A program made the translations under genes and the position numbers. A stretch of DNA of 64,000 nt. It comes from an uncultured cyanobacterium (GTDB taxonomy: Bacteria; Cyanobacteriota; Cyanobacteriia; Cyanobacteriales; CAWUOF01). The stretch is taken from positions 1,056,001-1,120,000 of the forward strand of contig CAVUSO010000001.1 in assembly GCA_963744145.1 (NCBI GenBank). Reading direction: 5' to 3'. Positions 47,421 to 58,443 of this stretch are shown here, piece by piece. The notes beneath the pieces are model-generated. The model saw only the letters and a list, made by a program, of their open reading frames with translations, had not been told where the DNA came from and ran no database searches. How positions within the stretch are numbered: position 1 is the stretch's first letter; each line of letters begins with the position of its first letter.

Positions 47421-50400
47421 CTAATAATGTTGAATAAATGAGTTAACTTGTTGTAACTGTTCTTCCAGAAGAAGCAAAATCTGGGTAGAATCAGTGAGAT
47501 TTTGTTGACGACCAAAATTTTCTAATTGAGCCGCGATCGCCGACAATTGGGTCGCCCCCACATTAGCACTAGCACCCTTAACCCGATGTGCTTGCTGTTC
47601 TAATTCGGAAAAATTCTGAGTCGCGATCGCTTCTCTGAGACCTGCTAAATCAATGATCACGCGATCGGCAAAAGCGCGAAGCAATTTACGTTGAAACTCG
47701 ATCTGACCACCAGAAATCGCATGAAGACGTTGCAAGTCTACTGGTTTCACCATCGTTGAGCATGATTGAGCAGATTCTTGATTTTCCTGACTCGATTGAA
47801 TTGTTAAACCCTTTTTCCCCTGGATTTTTTCCGACCAACGGACTAATGCTACTTGTAACTGTTCTTGATCAAGGGGTTTACTTAAATAATCATCCATTCC
47901 CGCAGCTAGACACTTTTCCCGATCGGCGGGCATAGCGTGGGCTGTCAGGGCAATTATAACTATATTATGGGAAGATTTGCGATTAAGTGCAGCCTCTTTT
48001 TGTCGAATTATTTTAGTAGTTTCATAACCATCAAGTAAAGGCATTTGACAATCCATAAAAATCAAATCATAATGATTTTGACGGAATAAATCTAATACCT
48101 CCTGACCATTATTAGCCAAATCAGCTTCATAACCCAGCAAGCTTAACTGATTTAAAATTACCTGTTGGTTAATCGGGTGATCTTCAGCTAGCAGGATTTT
48201 CAGATTATTTCTAGTTACAGCTCCAGTCAACTGATAATCAGAGGATTCGCGTCTACTTTCTAATACAGAAACAATCCGATTAGCCATTGCTGTTAATAGC
48301 GCATCAAAAAGACGGGAAGCTCTCACTGGTTTAATTAAGTAGCTAGAAACACCAGTTTTTAACAACTCCTCAGCCATATCCCTTTGGTTAATCGAAGTCA
48401 TCAGGATCAGCTTGGTATCAGCTAGAGCAGGATCGGAACGGATCGCTAGGGTAAAATCTAGTCCTTGATATCGAAGTAATTGTTGATCAAAAATCACCGC
48501 ATCATAGGGTTGATTTTGACCAATAGCTAATCGTAACTTAGTCAAAGCTGATTCTCCATCTGCTACTTGATCTAGGTGCATTCCCCAAGATTGGGTCAGG
48601 TAGTAGACTGCTTGTCTGACAGTAGCACTACTATCTGCAACTAATAATTTCAAATCCATCAGTGAAGTGGGTAGAGCTGTAGCATTAGCATCTTTTGGTT
48701 GGTTAAATTTCACCGTAAACCAGAAGGTTGAACCAACTTCAGCAGAACTTTTGACACCGATTTCTCCCCCCATCAAATGGACTAGCTGCTTAGAAATGAC
48801 TAACCCTAAACCTGTTCCTCCATACTGACGAGTGGTTGAAGCATCTACTTGGGAGAACGCTTGGAATAATTTTTGTTGAGCTTCTATGGGAATCCCAATT
48901 CCAGTATCAGAAACTTCAAAGCGAAGTAATACTGTTTTCTTGGTAGTAGATTGCAAATATACTCGTAGCACCACTTCACCAATTGCGGTAAATTTCAGTG
49001 CATTACCCATTAAATTCAGCAGTACCTGACGTAATCTTCCGGGATCTCCTTGTAGGTATCGCGGTACTTCTGGATTAATTAGTACCGCCATTTCTAAACC
49101 CTTATCTTCAGCTTGGGCTGCGAGTAAATCTACTACGGTTTCTAAGCAATTATTGAGTTCAAAATCTAAAGTCTCTAATTGCATTTCCCCAGCTTCAAGT
49201 TTGGAGAAATCAAGAATATCGTTAATAATGGATAGGAGGTGATCACCGCTAATCCGGATCGCTTGCACAAAATCACGCTGTTTTTGAGTTAGGGCTGTTT
49301 TAAATAATAATCCTGCCATTCCTAAGACTCCATTCATGGGAGTTCGGATTTCATGGCTCATGTTAGCGAGAAATTGGGATTTGAGTCGGGAATTTTCTAA
49401 AGCTGCTTCTCGAGCTTTGACTAACTCATCAATTCGATCGGCTGCAATAACAATTCCACCCACTTCTCCATTCGGTTCATACCAGGGATGGATCGCCCAT
49501 CTAATATAGGTTTTAGTCCCATCCGGATTTTGCATCTGATCCTCTGGAGAGGAGAGAATTTCCCCTTTAAGCGATCGCTGATAAGCAGATTTCCATTCAT
49601 CGGGCATTTGGGGAAATATAGTATTATGGTTTTGTCCTAGTAAAGAGGTTGGTGCATCAGCTCCGACTAAACCAAAATCTGTTAGCCATTTATCACTGTA
49701 GGCAATATAACACATTTCCCGATTGAACATCGCCATTGCTACTGGTGCATTGGTGATAATTTGTTGCAGTTGACGATGCTCTCGTTCTAATTTTGCTTCG
49801 GTTTGTTTGCGATCGCTAATATCGCGACCAATATTATAAATATTCGGTCCTGAACTTACTGCTGTCCAAGCGATCCATTTATAGGTGCCATCTTTACAGC
49901 GGAAACGGTTTTCAAAGTTGAGGGTGGGAATACCAGATAGGATTTTTTCTGCTTCTGCTAGACTCAGAGCGAGATCATCTGGATGTAATAAGTCCATCCA
50001 GTTACTAGCTAGCAATTCTTCACAACTGTATCCCAATATTTTTGTTGCTGCTGGGTTAATTTGTTTAAAAGAACCTGCTTGAGTAGAAATAGCAATTATA
50101 TCTAAAGAAAAGTCAAAAAAGCGATTTCTTTCTTCCTCGATTAGTTTGCGATTGGTAATATCTTCAATCACCGCGATCGCATATTCATTTTTGGTGGGAT
50201 TGTTTGGTAGTTCTGGATCTTCTAAGTCTATACTATCATTAGCTAAGGATACAGTTAGGTTGACCCAAATTAGTTGCCCATTTTTGCAACAATAACGCTT
50301 TTCTAGGGAATAGCTAGTAATTTTTTCAGCGAGAAGTTGCTCATAGTTATTTAAGTCTAGGTTTAAATCTTCTGGATAGGTAATATCTTGAAAAGTCATT

Positions 50401-51239
50401 TGGGCAAGTTCGGCTCTACTGTAACCTACGATATCACTAAATTTTTGGTTGAGCCGGAGAAACTTACCGTTAAATCCAATGTGAGCAATTCCCACGGCTG
50501 CTTGCTCAAATGTATCTTGAAATCGCTGCTCATTAGAACGAGATTCAAGCATTTGCGATCGCAATTTGTCGTCAGTACGTTTCAGTAAAAATAAGGCGAT
50601 CGAAGAACCCAATACACCGACGATTGCTGATATGATTAAGATTGCCCAAGTTGTTTCTCGTTCCTGTTCTAATATTTGTTTACGTTCGGTCAATAAACGC
50701 TCTTCTTCATTTAAAAACTGATCAATTTCTTGACGACATTGATCCATTACTACTTTTTCCTCAACTATGCCTTTTTTCAGTAATGCTAAAGTATTACCTT
50801 TTTGATTTTGACTGCTATTTTTCAGAAAATTACTTTGTAAAAGGGTGATTCTTTTGTTTACACAGGTCTCGATTACACCTAATTGTCGAGCCTGAGTAGG
50901 ATTATAGTTGACATATTTATGTAGTTGTTGTAAAGCAGTAGGAATAATACTAATACCTTTTTTATAAGGTCTCAGAAACTGTGGTAAATTAGTTAAATAG
51001 TATCCCCTGACTCCTGTTTCTCCATCAACGAGAGCATTGAGGAGTTTTGTAACTTCAAGTTTCACATTCTGAGTATGTTGGACCCAGTATTCTGCTTCAC
51101 TGGTTTTGAACTGAAACCACCCAAACGCAATCAGGGAAATTGATAGACAAGAAATCGGTAGTGCCGCAGTAAGGGTGCTCCACCAACCCTTTATTTCAGG
51201 AAAATTTTGTTTTTTTACAGTAATTTTGGTGCTGTCCAT
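47421..51239 (-). CDS. CHASE3 - 3xPAS - histidine kinase - REC - REC - Hpt hybrid sensor
   Basis: WVQHT..ETGVRGY (CHASE3), MSHEIRTPMNG, GDPGRLRQ, GGTGLGL, MDCQMP, AHRVKGAS. Confidence 0.95.
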   Translation of the reverse strand: MDSTKITVKKQNFPEIKGWWSTLTAALPISCLSISLIAFGWFQFKTSEAEYWVQHTQNVKLEVTKLLNALVDGETGVRGYYLTNLPQFLRPYKKGISIIPTALQQLHKYVNYNPTQARQLGVIETCVNKRITLLQSNFLKNSSQNQKGNTLALLKKGIVEEKVVMDQCRQEIDQFLNEEERLLTERKQILEQERETTWAILIISAIVGVLGSSIALFLLKRTDDKLRSQMLESRSNEQRFQDTFEQAAVGIAHIGFNGKFLRLNQKFSDIVGYSRAELAQMTFQDITYPEDLNLDLNNYEQLLAEKITSYSLEKRYCCKNGQLIWVNLTVSLANDSIDLEDPELPNNPTKNEYAIAVIEDITNRKLIEEERNRFFDFSLDIIAISTQAGSFKQINPAATKILGYSCEELLASNWMDLLHPDDLALSLAEAEKILSGIPTLNFENRFRCKDGTYKWIAWTAVSSGPNIYNIGRDISDRKQTEAKLEREHRQLQQIITNAPVAMAMFNREMCYIAYSDKWLTDFGLVGADAPTSLLGQNHNTIFPQMPDEWKSAYQRSLKGEILSSPEDQMQNPDGTKTYIRWAIHPWYEPNGEVGGIVIAADRIDELVKAREAALENSRLKSQFLANMSHEIRTPMNGVLGMAGLLFKTALTQKQRDFVQAIRISGDHLLSIINDILDFSKLEAGEMQLETLDFELNNCLETVVDLLAAQAEDKGLEMAVLINPEVPRYLQGDPGRLRQVLLNLMGNALKFTAIGEVVLRVYLQSTTKKTVLLRFEVSDTGIGIPIEAQQKLFQAFSQVDASTTRQYGGTGLGLVISKQLVHLMGGEIGVKSSAEVGSTFWFTVKFNQPKDANATALPTSLMDLKLLVADSSATVRQAVYYLTQSWGMHLDQVADGESALTKLRLAIGQNQPYDAVIFDQQLLRYQGLDFTLAIRSDPALADTKLILMTSINQRDMAEELLKTGVSSYLIKPVRASRLFDALLTAMANRIVSVLESRRESSDYQLTGAVTRNNLKILLAEDHPINQQVILNQLSLLGYEADLANNGQEVLDLFRQNHYDLIFMDCQMPLLDGYETTKIIRQKEAALNRKSSHNIVIIALTAHAMPADREKCLAAGMDDYLSKPLDQEQLQVALVRWSEKIQGKKGLTIQSSQENQESAQSCSTMVKPVDLQRLHAISGGQIEFQRKLLRAFADRVIIDLAGLREAIATQNFSELEQQAHRVKGASANVGATQLSAIAAQLENFGRQQNLTDSTQILLLLEEQLQQVNSFIQHY

Positions 51240-51271
51240 AAAAATCAATTAATTCAGAATAGAAACTCTAC

Positions 51272-51643
51272 TTACCAGTTACAAGCTTTAGCAATCTCAT
51301 CTGCTAAAGTTATCGGATTAAATGGCTTAATAAACACAGCTACAATCCCTTCTTCAGACAAATTAATTTGTTCTAATAACTGAACTTTAGCTGTTAGTAA
51401 AATTACCGGAATAGCATTAGTAGCAGCATTTTCTTTTAGTTTTGCTAAAGTTGACATTCCATCTAAATCCGGCATCATCCAATCGAGAAGAATCAGATCA
51501 GGCTGTTGTGCTTCAGCTTTTTGGAGTCCATCCCGACCCGAATTAGCAATTATCACCTCCCATCCTGCTGTAATTTTCAAAGTTAATTCAATTACACGAC
51601 TCAGACGTTCTTCATCGTCGATCATCAAAATTAGTTTTGTCAT
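51272..51643 (-). CDS. Single-domain response regulator (CheY-like)
   Basis: IDDE, LLDWMMP, LTAK, KPF. Confidence 0.95.
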   Translation of the reverse strand: MTKLILMIDDEERLSRVIELTLKITAGWEVIIANSGRDGLQKAEAQQPDLILLDWMMPDLDGMSTLAKLKENAATNAIPVILLTAKVQLLEQINLSEEGIVAVFIKPFNPITLADEIAKACNW

Positions 51644-51874
51644 TTGTGTTTTCGCGGTTAGATCCTAACCTAGGATACCTAAGATGGGGTACAAAAATTA
51701 TCTGAATCATTGGTTATTTTTATGACTTTTTACATTTACAGCTATAAAAAAATTTATTTTAGCTGTTAACCCCTAATATTAAAGAACAAACTTGAAAAAC
51801 TTGTGAAATTTGCCAGCAAATTGAAACTTGGCAATGACCAGAACACCGTTTATTTAGAAATAGCTGAAGTCTTT

Positions 51875-52117
51875 ATACCAATTTAATGTGAAGTTGCATA
51901 AATTTAGATCCCCCTAAATCCCCCTTGAAAAGGGGGACTTAAGAATTCATGCTCCCCCTGAAAAAGGGGGTTAGGGGGATCAATTCGGGAGCATCTCAGT
52001 TTTGCAAAAACCCTGAAATAGGATGCTGAAACCCCGGTTTTTTCGTTATCTGAGTGATCGATTTGCAAATATGAGATGCACCCATCAATTCTCTGCACCC
52101 TCATCAAAAATTGGTAT
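51875..52117. mobile_element. MITE-like element with TIR ATACCAATTT/AAATTGGTAT and nested CCCCC...GGGGG palindromes
   Basis: TIRs plus internal GATCCCCCTAA...TTAGGGGGATC; same TIR core as 2245-2322. Confidence 0.7.
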
Positions 52118-52371
52118 TAGCATATATACTCATAATGTTACTAAGTAAAATATTAAAAATTTTTGTAGATGAGCCATATTTGTTGTGGTAGGATAATAAG
52201 TGTGCTATTTTATGCTATAAGTAATAATACTGGAGACGGTTTTTGAGTCAAAGCCTGAAACCCTTGATTGAGAAAGCGAAAATAATAGGTTAATGAACCC
52301 CTTATTTTACCGTTAGTAATCAAAAACAGTCTGAAGTATTGAAGAAGTAGATAATAAATGGTGCTAGAAAA

Positions 52372-53424
52372 ATGAGACTTTTAATTGTAGATGATGATCA
52401 TCACCTTGTTCAATCACTAATTAAAGTTCTAGTGCAGCACAATTATGTGGTAGATATTGCTAACGATGGTAAGTCGGGATGGGCTTTAGCAACTGCCTAT
52501 AATTATGATTTAATCATCTTAGATATCATCATGCCACTCATTGATGGGATTAGCCTATGTCAGAAATTACGGCAACAAGGTAGTCAAATGCCAATTTTGT
52601 TACTAACTGGTTGTGATACTCAATTAAACAAGGTAAGTGGGTTAGATGCAGGAGCAGATGATTACATAGTCAAACCTTTCTCTTGGGAAGAATTTCTGGC
52701 TCGAGTGAGGGCGTTATTACGTCGTCGAGATGGAAAGTCTTCACCGACGTTTTTAGAATGGGGAGATTTGCGTTTAAATCTGATTAATTGTCAGGTCACT
52801 TGGCAACAAGAAAAATTATTGTTACGTCCCAAAGAATATGCTTTGTTGGAGCTATTTCTCAGAAATCTGAATCGGGTTTTTAGCTGTAGTGCCATTTTAG
52901 ATCATCTCTGGTCTTGTGAGGATTCCCCAGGGGAAGAAACCGTAAGAGCTCATATTAAAGGATTGCGACAAAAATTGAACAGTGTGGGGATTAAAGATGC
53001 GATCGAAACTGTATATGGTTTAGGTTATCGTTGGAAACCCATCGAAGAAAGTGAAAGCATGGTAGTTCCCGTCACTGCGGAATTAGGACAAGCCAATTGT
53101 GCCATTACCCTCAAAGAAATGTTAGCAGATTCTTGGAAGCAAATTAAACCTGCGGTGTTGGAACAAGTAGCTTGTTTAGCACAAGCAACCACTTGTTTAG
53201 ATGGTGAACTCCAAGAAAAAGCGATCGGATCTGCTCATCAATTAGCTGGGTTAGTGGGGGCTTTTGGTTTTCATCAAGGGACGAAGTTATCTCGGGAAAT
53301 TGAAGCTTTATTACAAAACAAAGCGTTAAAAGACAGTAAAAAAAAGCTGTATTTACAAAACGCGATCGCTGCTTTGCATCGCGAATTATCTGGTGGGTTT
53401 GATCGGGATCTCGAAAATATTTAG
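52372..53424 (+). CDS. OmpR-family response regulator with C-terminal Hpt domain
   Basis: LDIIMP, GADDYIVKP, VRAHIKGLRQKL, IETVYGLGY, AHQLAGLVGAFG. Confidence 0.92.
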   Translation: MRLLIVDDDHHLVQSLIKVLVQHNYVVDIANDGKSGWALATAYNYDLIILDIIMPLIDGISLCQKLRQQGSQMPILLLTGCDTQLNKVSGLDAGADDYIVKPFSWEEFLARVRALLRRRDGKSSPTFLEWGDLRLNLINCQVTWQQEKLLLRPKEYALLELFLRNLNRVFSCSAILDHLWSCEDSPGEETVRAHIKGLRQKLNSVGIKDAIETVYGLGYRWKPIEESESMVVPVTAELGQANCAITLKEMLADSWKQIKPAVLEQVACLAQATTCLDGELQEKAIGSAHQLAGLVGAFGFHQGTKLSREIEALLQNKALKDSKKKLYLQNAIAALHRELSGGFDRDLENI

Positions 53425-53637
53425 TTAAGGACAGTTATTAAATTTTCAGGCGATCGATATAAATATTAATTTTCGAGCCAGATCACAGATAAAACTAACA
53501 CTCGTCATTAGAAAATTTTTTCAAGTTTCACAAGTTTTTCAGAGTTTTTGGGTAAATTACAAGTTAGCTACTATAATTCAGGTCAAATTTACTACCTGAA
53601 TCTGTCCATTGATTGTAATTGTTGCCAAAAATTACCA

Positions 53638-54687
53638 ATGCTAAACCATCAAATCCACTTGGTCATCCAACCCGCAGATCCGGAAACTTCCATGAATCTT
53701 GCTCAATTAGGTTTTGAATCTATATCAGCTATTCCTGAACTGATGTATCAAACTGTAACTGATCAGCAAATTAACCAGATTGCATTGCAGATGGTTAACA
53801 TTTCTGAGAGTCATCAAAATGCTTCCCGATTTATCATAATTGAATATGACAATATCTTTACCTTTAATCATCAGGATCTTTTACTAAAATTCCTCAATGC
53901 TAAACCACTTAGCACTCTCACCATCAGCTATAAATATCGATGGTTTTTAGAACGCTTGGAACGTCGTCATTTTTTTATCAAGTATCAACCTATTTTTAAT
54001 TTACACTCAAAACAAATTGTTAGTCATGAGTGTTTGCTCCGGACAATTTCTGATACGGGTGAATGTATTAGTGGTAAGGAAATTTTTGATGCAGCAATTG
54101 CCACAAAGTCAACTCAAAGATTAGATGAAATAGCACGAGAACTTTGTATTGAATCAATTGGTAACTTTCGGAGAGAGCAACCTTTTTTTATTAATGTGAT
54201 GCCCAATGCTCTTTTAAGTAATCCTCAATCAATTGAAGATAATTTAAAGGATATTCTCAGTTGGCACCTTCAACCCCAGCAAATTATTTTTGAGCTGACT
54301 GAGCTAGAAAGTATCAAAGATAAGCCAAGACTAGCAAAAATCCTTAAGCAAATGCAAACCTGGGGATTTAGAATTGCGATCGATGATTGGTGTGGTTATG
54401 TTCCAAATAATCATTATTTCATGGAATTTCAGCCAGACATTATTAAATTAGACCGTCAATTAGTTCAGAATTGTAGTAACCACAGCTTAAAGCGAATTTT
54501 AATTAAAAGTTTACTTACTTCCGCCCAAGAGTTAGATATTATGGTGATTGCCGAAGGATTAGAAGCAGCAGCAGATATTGAATGTTGTCGTGACTTAGGA
54601 GTAGATTATGGACAAGGTTTTGGGTTAGGTATTCCCCAAATGATTCCAGAATTTATTTGTTCTGATTGTTCACGTTATTGCCTATAA
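53638..54687 (+). CDS. EAL-domain protein (c-di-GMP phosphodiesterase-like)
   Basis: YQPI, HECLLR, FINV, FELTE, IAIDDW, IKLDR, AEGLE, GQGF. Confidence 0.9.
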   Translation: MLNHQIHLVIQPADPETSMNLAQLGFESISAIPELMYQTVTDQQINQIALQMVNISESHQNASRFIIIEYDNIFTFNHQDLLLKFLNAKPLSTLTISYKYRWFLERLERRHFFIKYQPIFNLHSKQIVSHECLLRTISDTGECISGKEIFDAAIATKSTQRLDEIARELCIESIGNFRREQPFFINVMPNALLSNPQSIEDNLKDILSWHLQPQQIIFELTELESIKDKPRLAKILKQMQTWGFRIAIDDWCGYVPNNHYFMEFQPDIIKLDRQLVQNCSNHSLKRILIKSLLTSAQELDIMVIAEGLEAAADIECCRDLGVDYGQGFGLGIPQMIPEFICSDCSRYCL

Positions 54688-54742
54688 TTATATTTGACCA
54701 TTAATGACACAATTTTTTAAGGAAAATGAATAATATGGATTT

Positions 54743-56248
54743 ATGATTGAAAATGTAACCAATGGCTTATTATCAGAAGAGATTCTAAAAGATAGCGAAG
54801 AAGCCTATCGTTTGCTATTTAATAATAGCGAGGATATGATCTTTGTCCATGAACCAAATACCAATTTTATCACGGTCAACTATGCTGCTTGTCAGAGATT
54901 GGGATATAGTTATGAGGAATTATGTTCCCTCAAACCAAGTCAGATAATTAATCAGCAATCAATAGAGGAAGGATCTTTAGTAATGGAGCGGTTATTAGCA
55001 GATAAGCATGCTCTATTTGAAGTCATAGTTATTACTAAGAATCAGACTGAAATTTTAGTAGAAATGAATTCTCATTTTTTTATTTTTCAAGGAAAACAAA
55101 CTATATTATCTATTGCTCGTGATATCACTCACCGCAAGCTAGTAGAAGAAAATTTACGTCGGAGTGAAGCTCGATTTCGGCAAATTTTTACTAATGCGCC
55201 AATTGGGATTTTTTTTGCTAATTTAGATGGACAATTGCTCCAAGTAAACCAAACCCTTTGTGATTTATTAGGTTACAGTGAGGCTGAACTCAAAACTAGG
55301 CGTTTTCAAGAATTTACTTACCTAGCCGATCAAGACCGGGAAGCATTACTTCATCAGAGACTTTTAAGAGGAGAAGTTTCTAGTTATAAATTAGAAAAAC
55401 GCTATGTGAAATCTAATGGTGAAACGATATGGGTAATGGCTACTCGCAGTTTATTACAAGATCCCGATAGTAAACAAATCGGGATATTAGCCATGGTTGA
55501 AAATATCACGGAACGGTTTGCTATAGATCAAATGAAAGACAATTTTATTTCGATCGTCAGTCACGAAATGCGAACACCTTTAACTTCTATTCGTGGTGCT
55601 TTAGGATTACTAGCAACTGGAAAATTAGGTACTTTAGCTGCCGATGGGGAAGAGTTGTTAAATATTGCGCTATTAGAATCGCAACGTTTGGTGCGCTTAG
55701 TCAGTGATATTTTAGATTTAGAGCGTCTGAGATCAGGATATCTAACTTTAGTTAAAGAAAACTGTGATCTGGCAGATTTAATGTGGAAAGCATTTCATAG
55801 TATTAAAGCCCTTGCTGAAACTGAGAGGATTACGGTAGAAGTTACACCGCTCACCTACAAGGTTTGGGTGGATAGCGATCGCATTATTCAAGCTTTGACT
55901 AATTTACTGAATAATGCCATTAAATTTTCTCCGGCTCACAGTCAAATTTGGTTTCGGGCTGAGCCCCGCGATCGCCAAGATCAATTGGCACCGGGACAGT
56001 CACCCTTTATTTTGATCACTGTCAAAGATCAAGGGAGAGGAATTCCCTTAGACAAATTGGAAACAATTTTTGAACCCTTTGAACAGGTAGACGCGTCTGA
56101 TTCACGACAAAAAGGAGGAACCGGCATGGGGTTAGCAATTTGTCGCAGCATTGTCAAACAACATGGGGGGGAAGTTTGGGCAACGAGTCAACTAGAAGTA
56201 GGTAGTTGTTTTTTGATCATGCTACCAATTTTTATCAAAGGTATGTAG
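54743..56248 (+). CDS. PAS-PAS histidine kinase
   Basis: Two PAS/PAC units; VSHEMRTPL, NLLNNAIKFS, DQGRG, GGTGMGL. Confidence 0.95.
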   Translation: MIENVTNGLLSEEILKDSEEAYRLLFNNSEDMIFVHEPNTNFITVNYAACQRLGYSYEELCSLKPSQIINQQSIEEGSLVMERLLADKHALFEVIVITKNQTEILVEMNSHFFIFQGKQTILSIARDITHRKLVEENLRRSEARFRQIFTNAPIGIFFANLDGQLLQVNQTLCDLLGYSEAELKTRRFQEFTYLADQDREALLHQRLLRGEVSSYKLEKRYVKSNGETIWVMATRSLLQDPDSKQIGILAMVENITERFAIDQMKDNFISIVSHEMRTPLTSIRGALGLLATGKLGTLAADGEELLNIALLESQRLVRLVSDILDLERLRSGYLTLVKENCDLADLMWKAFHSIKALAETERITVEVTPLTYKVWVDSDRIIQALTNLLNNAIKFSPAHSQIWFRAEPRDRQDQLAPGQSPFILITVKDQGRGIPLDKLETIFEPFEQVDASDSRQKGGTGMGLAICRSIVKQHGGEVWATSQLEVGSCFLIMLPIFIKGM

Positions 56249-56332
56249 TTGCGCTTTAGTGTTCTGATCGCAACTACACCAATTTTTATCCAAATTTAGG
56301 CGTTGCTGATTTACGGTATGAATAAATAATTT

Positions 56333-56360
56333 GTAGGGGCGTATTGCAATACGCCCCTAC
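56333..56360. repeat. Second identical copy of the 28-bp REP palindrome
   Basis: Identical to 495-522; lies within a degenerate GGCGTTGCTGATT-ended element. Confidence 0.9.
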
Positions 56361-56440
56361 TAGATTTTCTAATTATATCATGTCTGGAAGATTAACCAAT
56401 GCCCAAATTTAACTGTCCTTACCTAAATCGATCAACTTAT

Positions 56441-57481
56441 TTAGTGAGCCATTTTGCGATCGCGTTTCATTTTCAGGAATAAGCCACCTAAGAACATCCC
56501 AGCGATCGTGGTTGGTTCTGGTACAGCTGAGTTTGAAACTGGATTTTCTGTATCCGTTGGTGCTGCTACTGATTGACCACCAGGAAGTGTAGATTTATCA
56601 AACTCGAAGGCGATCGTGTTTGTCCCGGTGAATAGACTAGAATTATAGCCAGTATTCAGCAACGCTTGGGTCAGAGAACCTGTTGATAAGAAAGAAATTG
56701 TCGAGAGAAATGTTCCTGTGGAAATCCCATTTTGGGAAAATGTATTGTCTTGGCCGTTATTATTATAGTAGGTATCGCTTAAATCGCCAAAGTTTACTGT
56801 TCCATCTGGATTTAGTGAACTATTACTAGATCCGGTTCCAGCCCAACCTTTGACATCGTTTTCGTAACGAGTAATTCCACCATAAGCAGTTGTGTAGCCG
56901 TCTTTTTGTCCAGTCAAGCTTTGGGTTGTTACATCACTATAAAGACCAACACCTAAATTCGGATTATTCCCATTTTGAGCATTATCAGCATTAGCTGAAG
57001 CAAAACGAACTCCAAACAAATTCCCAGCAGCTTCTGCTTGATCAAAGGTTTGACCTTGGAAATTGAAGAATAAGTCACCCCATCCTATTTGCCCACCTGT
57101 AACACCAGGGGCATCAGCGTCAGCATATCCAGTTAATGGCATATTGGCGTTTAAAGCAACAATGATGCTAGTGGCAGTTTCTAGAACACCTATACCTCTA
57201 ATTTGATAAGGGTTAACACCATTAGGTCCGCCAAAACCGTAGCTACCATCTGCACCATTATTGGTGTTATTCGTTGCATACTGCCAACCTGTATTGCTAT
57301 CAGTAGTATGGTATGCGTCAGTACCGTTCACATTAAGACCAACGTTATCGTTGTCACACTCCAGGGATACACTGAAGGTAGTTCCAGTACTTAATACTCC
57401 AGCTTGGGCTTGTCCAGTTAGAGCCAACAAGCTTAATGTTGCCATACTGGTTCCGAGTAAAGTTTTGCGAATGACGTTCAT
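56441..57481 (-). CDS. PEP-CTERM exosortase-dependent surface protein (XDD3-like)
   Basis: Signal peptide ending AQA; IGWGDLFFNF; VPEPTT + TM + basic tail KMKRDRK. Confidence 0.9.
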   Translation of the reverse strand: MNVIRKTLLGTSMATLSLLALTGQAQAGVLSTGTTFSVSLECDNDNVGLNVNGTDAYHTTDSNTGWQYATNNTNNGADGSYGFGGPNGVNPYQIRGIGVLETATSIIVALNANMPLTGYADADAPGVTGGQIGWGDLFFNFQGQTFDQAEAAGNLFGVRFASANADNAQNGNNPNLGVGLYSDVTTQSLTGQKDGYTTAYGGITRYENDVKGWAGTGSSNSSLNPDGTVNFGDLSDTYYNNNGQDNTFSQNGISTGTFLSTISFLSTGSLTQALLNTGYNSSLFTGTNTIAFEFDKSTLPGGQSVAAPTDTENPVSNSAVPEPTTIAGMFLGGLFLKMKRDRKMAH

Positions 57482-57905
57482 TTGATTGCTCCTGTTTACT
57501 TAATTAATATGTGTAGACTGGTAGTTCCGATTTTAAAGATATGTTAAAAATCTTAGAACTTGGTTAAATCTCTTTCGTTATGTCTAATCTGTCATATCTG
57601 TTAGGAAATCACAAGTACATTGGTGTCATTTTTACTAAAAAAATATATTTTTCCTGCTAATATTGAAGATTTCCCTAAGCCAGGTTAAATCAGTATTGGT
57701 ACGGTTGACTTAATTTTTATGCAGCATCAATTGCTAGTAAAACCCTGCTTCTGAGGTGAGTAATTAAAAATCTTTGAGCGAATTATTTTCAATCACAAAC
57801 GAATATTGTCAATAATGTTTATTAGTTTTTGAGCGAATAATCTAAAAATTAACTCTGATGGTCTAAATTAGGGTTTAAACAAAGAATATTTGGCAATTTA
57901 TCTTA

Positions 57906-58403
57906 ATGGCAGAAATGATTCCAGGTGTTTATGATTTGAGGGAACTACAACAGACGATCGCCTCTAGACCAAAAGATTGGCGTCCCTTGGTATTTACGAA
58001 TGGCTGTTTTGACCTCCTCCATGCGGGTCATGTCCGATACTTACGCGCAGCTAAAGCTTTGGGTCGATCGCTAGTAGTGGGATTAAATAGTGATCGATCA
58101 GTTCAAACCATCAAACCCCACCAACCGGGATTGCCCGATCGCCCGATTGTCCCAGAACTGCAACGAGCAGAGGTACTAGCGGCACTTAAATCCGTTGACG
58201 CAGTGGTAATTTTTGAGGAATTGGTCGCTAATGCTATGATCGAAGCCCTGAAACCAGATATTTATGTTAAAGGAGGTGACTATCAAATCGAAAATCTGCC
58301 CGAAGCACCTATTGTCCAAGCTTATGGGGGGCAGATTGAATTAGTAAAAATTACTATCCCAAGTTCGACCACAGGGATAGTTAGCCGAATTTTGCACTCG
58401 TAA
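57906..58403 (+). CDS. rfaE2: RfaE domain II-type (ADP-heptose) nucleotidyltransferase
   Basis: FTNGCFDLLHAGH, GLNSD, KGGDY, STT. Confidence 0.9.
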   Translation: MAEMIPGVYDLRELQQTIASRPKDWRPLVFTNGCFDLLHAGHVRYLRAAKALGRSLVVGLNSDRSVQTIKPHQPGLPDRPIVPELQRAEVLAALKSVDAVVIFEELVANAMIEALKPDIYVKGGDYQIENLPEAPIVQAYGGQIELVKITIPSSTTGIVSRILHS

Positions 58404-58443
58404 TGGTTAATAATAGGTAAAAACCCTGACTAAAAATATTTTT

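Noticed and set aside
51904..52107. 67-aa ORF
   Set aside because: Lies wholly inside a MITE-like repeat; PPNPL/PPFQGG is a typical repeat translation
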